18,326 nucleotides of DNA from an uncultured Methanosarcinales archaeon. Its GTDB lineage: Archaea > Nanobdellota > Nanobdellia > Woesearchaeales > ARS49. Under the pieces are notes generated by a model. That model saw only the letters and a program-made list of their open reading frames with translations, did no database searches and was not told the DNA's origin. Below are positions 15,305 to 18,326 of the stretch, one piece after another. How positions within the stretch are numbered: the stretch's first letter is position 1; every line of letters starts with the position of its first letter. The stretch covers positions 1 to 18,326 of the forward strand of contig CAZWVL010000014.1 of NCBI GenBank assembly GCA_964637115.1. Direction: 5' to 3'. The position numbers were made by a program, and so were the translations under genes.

Positions 15305-16633
15305 TTAGAATTTAAAAGCTTCTTTTCTCTCCATAATAACGCCAGGTGCACCGCCGCCGTGCCAACTCATTCTTGGGCGAATTCGCATAGGGTACATGCG
15401 CTCGTTGACATCATCAACTGCAATACACGCGCCTGCAACTCTTGGCAAGTTGGCGAGTTCTTTGTCAAGGCCAACTCGCAAATAACTTTGTAATAAAGAG
15501 CCGAGAGCGTCTGTGTCGATTTTTGCTGTCAATCTATGAGACAAGATAATGTCAGACTGAGTCATAGCATCGGTATGAATTTTGCCAGGCTGCTGTGTTG
15601 CTAATACTAATGCAATACCGGGCTGACGGCCTTCTCTGAGAAGCGTGATTAAAGCATCTGAACTGGCTGTTTTGCCAGTGTTCGGAAGGAATTCGTGCGC
15701 TTCATCCACCATAATCCAACAAATTGGCATCTCGGATTCTTTGGGTTCTTCGTGATCTTCCAGAATGTAATGAATTGCCTGATGGACTGCAGCATATTCT
15801 TCATCTTTTCTTGCTTTCATACGCTCCATGAAAAGTTTATTGCAGACTAAGCCCATGACTAAATGCTTAATACGCCAGCCGTTGGGCATTATAGCGTATG
15901 CGCTAAGGTCAAGAATGGTAACTTGACCGGCCTGCGCGAGTTCTTTCATCGAGGTTGCATCTGGCCTGAACAAACCCCACTCTTCCACGGCAATGAAACG
16001 GTTCTTTGCAGCTTGTTTGGTATGCAATTCTTCAGTTTTGTCCTCATCAAGAGCCTGAATAATATCGGGAATATCATATTTGCCATGAGTTTTCTTGAGC
16101 TGAAGAATAATACGCTCGATAAAAACAGCAATAGGATCAGTCGTTTCAATTTCGAAAGTCAGGTTCCAGTCTTCCGGAGAAAGTTCTGCAGGATTCAGGG
16201 CAAATGCAACGTCTGTTGGAATGCCCAATTCTTTCCAACGCTGGAAAAAACCAAAAGGCGTGTAGATTTTACAATCAATACCCTTGCCTTCCATACCCCA
16301 TTCTTTCAAGAGAGCTTCGTCCTTATGGTTCGGGTATTTCATAGTCCAATAAATGCCCATAGTATCAAGCAAGATGACAGAAAGACGATTACGAATATCT
16401 GGAGGCAAAAGGGAAATGCCTTCAGCAATAACACCAAGACAGTAAGATTTTCCTGAACCTCTTTTGCCGCACACGAAAACAACGTGAGCTTTGTTAAGGT
16501 CCATATAGACAGGTTGGGAAAGTGTTGTAACTGCGCCCATCTTGACATAATGCTTGCCTAGAAGAATAGTGCCTCTATTGCCCCACTTCTCCTGGTCGGC
16601 GGCTTCACGCCCTAGAATAATCTCGTACACCAT
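15305..16633 (-). CDS. HerA/DUF87-family (FtsK-HerA/VirB4-like) ATPase, stand-alone
   Basis: Walker A CGKRGSGKS, LLDTMGIY, Walker B MVDEAHEF, arginine-finger region LREGRQPG and LATQQP. 442 aa with no apparent TM segment or N-terminal HAS barrel. Confidence 0.85.
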   Translation of the reverse strand: MVYEIILGREAADQEKWGNRGTILLGKHYVKMGAVTTLSQPVYMDLNKAHVVFVCGKRGSGKSYCLGVIAEGISLLPPDIRNRLSVILLDTMGIYWTMKYPNHKDEALLKEWGMEGKGIDCKIYTPFGFFQRWKELGIPTDVAFALNPAELSPEDWNLTFEIETTDPIAVFIERIILQLKKTHGKYDIPDIIQALDEDKTEELHTKQAAKNRFIAVEEWGLFRPDATSMKELAQAGQVTILDLSAYAIMPNGWRIKHLVMGLVCNKLFMERMKARKDEEYAAVHQAIHYILEDHEEPKESEMPICWIMVDEAHEFLPNTGKTASSDALITLLREGRQPGIALVLATQQPGKIHTDAMTQSDIILSHRLTAKIDTDALGSLLQSYLRVGLDKELANLPRVAGACIAVDDVNERMYPMRIRPRMSWHGGGAPGVIMERKEAFKF

Positions 16634-16642
16634 CTTTTAACA

Positions 16643-16684
16643 TCGGAATTGCACAATTTGTTATATAAATCTGTGCAATTCCGA
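16643..16684. repeat. 13-bp perfect inverted repeat enclosing the ATPase TATA box
   Basis: TCGGAATTGCACA (16643-16655) and TGTGCAATTCCGA (16672-16684). The 16-nt spacer contains TTTATATA on the minus strand (16669-16662). Confidence 0.85.
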
Positions 16685-16690
16685 GTGTGC

Positions 16691-16733
16691 TCAAGAACTC
16701 GAAGTATCAAAATATTATTTAGCGAGTTCTTGA
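16691..16733. repeat. 11-bp perfect inverted repeat with a 21-nt AT-rich spacer
   Basis: TCAAGAACTCG (16691-16701) and CGAGTTCTTGA (16723-16733). Confidence 0.85.
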
Positions 16734-16740
16734 CAGATAG

Positions 16741-16754
16741 AAATAAAAAAAGAA
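16741..16754 (-). terminator. Oligo(T) terminator after dnaG
   Basis: The minus strand reads TTCTTTTTTTATTT, about 15 nt after the stop codon. Confidence 0.6.
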
Positions 16755-16768
16755 GTATAAAAATGTAC

Positions 16769-18031
16769 TTACAACATCGCAGCTGTAACTATGTTAATCC
16801 TGCAATCAGCAGGGTCAACTTTGGTATCCATGGCGATAATGTGCTTGATTGTGCCCTTTTCAGCCACTTCAATCAGGCCTGCTTCGACGATGCCATCAAA
16901 TACAACAGCGTACACGCCGGTGTTCAATGATTTCAACGTGCTGTTAAGCTCTGTGAAAGGAACCTTTCCCAACACATTCATCTTATCGTCAAGCACGTAA
17001 GCTCCTCTGGTGCCAATGAGACCTTCGAGCATTTCGCCCAAACGCTTTTTCTCTTCATCCCGGAGAATTGGTTTGCTTGATACTGGTCTTGGAGCTGCGC
17101 TAATTGGCGCTACAGGACGCAACGGCGGCTGCTGAGGTCTTGCAGGCGGCAAAGGCCTTGCAATCATCGGCTTTCTAATGCTTTCACTCGTGTTCATAGA
17201 CGCGAGCTCCAATTTAGCCTGCTCAGCAGTAATTCTTGAACGCAAAGCCTTGTGAATTTCCTTCTTTGCCAGCTCTTCAACTTCTTTTCCGTCAGGAGCT
17301 CTGGTTACGAAATCAATTTCAGCAATGTTAAGCAAGTCTCTCAAGATAAGGTTTCCTCCCCTATCTCCGTCAACAAAAGCAACAAGATCTTTTCTGTGGC
17401 TGAGCTCGACAATCGTCGGCGGAATTGACGTTCCATTCATTGCAATCACGTTCTTGAAACCATGCTTCAACATGTTAATCACGTCAGCACGGCCTTCAAC
17501 CACAATGACTTCATCAGATTCCTCAATGCCCGGACCCGCAGGAAGGCGGTCCTTGCCATATTCAGTCACTTCCATGATTCTAACAGAGTGCGCGACTTCT
17601 TCTGCAAGCTCCTGAGAATCAGGCATAACCTGGTCCATCAACTGCCTGAGCAATTGCTTTGCTCTTTCGATAACAAAGCCACGCTTACTGATACGGACAT
17701 CTTCAATATTTTGAACCTTGACTTTAGCATTGCACGGACCAATTCTTTGGATAACTTCCAAAGCAGCACCAACAATGGCAGTTTCTGCCTTGTCCAACGA
17801 ACTTGGAATTATGATCTGGCCAATACTCTTGCCACCCTTAGTGTCTATATTGACTTCAATTCTGCCTATTCTACCGGAACGCTGAAGTTCTCTTAGTTCT
17901 AAATCTTCACCTAAGAGGCCTTCTGTCTGGCCGAATATTGCACCAATGACGTCTGGTCTGTCTACAACGCCCTCTACTTCAATCGTTGCGTTAACAATGT
18001 ATTTTGATGATACTGGGCTGATTTTTCCCAT
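16769..18031 (-). CDS. dnaG: Archaeal DnaG (TOPRIM protein; exosome-associated in characterised archaea)
   Basis: N-terminal GVVDRPDVIGAIFGQTEGLLG..LELRELQRSGRIGRI and TOPRIM motifs IVVEGRADV and FVDGDRGG, ARAP-like TRAPDGKEVEEL. SD-like AGGGGG at 18045-18040 and CTTAAATA box at 18101-18094. Confidence 0.96.
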   Translation of the reverse strand: MGKISPVSSKYIVNATIEVEGVVDRPDVIGAIFGQTEGLLGEDLELRELQRSGRIGRIEVNIDTKGGKSIGQIIIPSSLDKAETAIVGAALEVIQRIGPCNAKVKVQNIEDVRISKRGFVIERAKQLLRQLMDQVMPDSQELAEEVAHSVRIMEVTEYGKDRLPAGPGIEESDEVIVVEGRADVINMLKHGFKNVIAMNGTSIPPTIVELSHRKDLVAFVDGDRGGNLILRDLLNIAEIDFVTRAPDGKEVEELAKKEIHKALRSRITAEQAKLELASMNTSESIRKPMIARPLPPARPQQPPLRPVAPISAAPRPVSSKPILRDEEKKRLGEMLEGLIGTRGAYVLDDKMNVLGKVPFTELNSTLKSLNTGVYAVVFDGIVEAGLIEVAEKGTIKHIIAMDTKVDPADCRINIVTAAML

Positions 18032-18201
18032 TTTGGTTTCCCCCTGTACGGCTAAAACAGAACAAGCTTGCCTATTTACGGCTAAATCGCGCTTATTTAA
18101 GCTGATTCCAGTCGTAATTGGCTTATTTTTGACTTCATTTGATGATTAAATGAATGTTATTATTGGCTTGCTCTATTTCGGCTCGAATATTGTTTTAAGC
18201 T

Positions 18202-18310
18202 TCAAAAAGGTCTTGTAGCCCCAGACACTAACCCCCAACGGTCATCGCTTGGCAAAGCCGACAGCTACGGTGGGTACTCTCGTGAAGGGCAGTTATTATG
18301 ACCTTTTTGA
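18202..18310. ncRNA. Unidentified GC-rich structured element bounded by an 11-bp inverted repeat; candidate small RNA, minus strand tentatively favoured
   Basis: TCAAAAAGGTC (18202-18212) and GACCTTTTTGA (18300-18310). Interior 18211-18290 is 47/80 GC versus 33/100 in 18101-18200. CTATAAAA box at 18325-18318 and a T5 run at 18208-18204 on the minus strand. Confidence 0.45.
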
Positions 18311-18326
18311 CTGAAGATTTTATAGG

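Noticed and set aside
15305-16633. HerA as part of a HerA-NurA repair operon or a Sir2-HerA/DUF4297-HerA defence system
   Set aside because: No nurA, mre11, rad50, Sir2 or nuclease partner is adjacent.
251-18149. Numerous short antisense or off-frame ORFs in the six-frame track (e.g. 4791..5246, 7938..8785, 15863..16456, 17462..17896)
   Set aside because: They lie within well-supported genes and have no motifs or promoters of their own.
18202-18310. yybP-ykoY (Mn2+) riboswitch or 5S rRNA identity
   Set aside because: The 3' CAAGACCUUU resembles yybP-ykoY, but the 5' GGGGAGUA is not placed after the P1 strand. The 5S core (CCCGAAC...GUUAAG) is absent.
1-18326. CRISPR array, IS element, prophage or rRNA
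   Set aside because: I saw no regularly spaced repeats, transposase, integrase or phage motifs, and no rRNA consensus on either strand.

Overview
This is a prophage-free, mostly housekeeping region of an archaeal chromosome. The archaeal-type LeuRS, DnaG and ABCE1, the TATA/BRE promoters, the compact layout and the many short orphan membrane proteins suggest a DPANN (Woesearchaeota-like) genome; that placement is inference. I call 18 CDS: cfa, a small Cys-rich exported protein, a multi-TM protein, ABCE1/RLI, DUF99, a DUF885/M49-like HExxGH protein, trmI, DoxX, leuS, a CYTH protein, a coiled-coil orphan, a degenerate MBL-like protein, a presenilin-type protease, a COG1325-like protein, a 2-TM microprotein, a LolA-like lipoprotein, a stand-alone HerA/DUF87 ATPase and dnaG. 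Two RNA genes are absent from the ORF track: tRNA-Cys(GCA) and an SRP (7S) RNA. The SRP RNA is the strongest novelty candidate. Its Alu domain and SRP54 site are clear, but it has a UGAC helix-8 tetraloop, a short helix 6 without the SRP19 GNAG loop, and an apparent extra hairpin at the S-domain junction. Other leads are an unidentified GC-rich element of about 90-110 nt upstream of dnaG, two tandem long inverted repeats at the herA-like promoter, a palindrome over the start site of an orphan gene, a bacterial-type cyclopropane fatty acid synthase, and a 2-TM/lipoprotein/ATPase cluster. All family calls come from motif recognition by eye; no database search was run.
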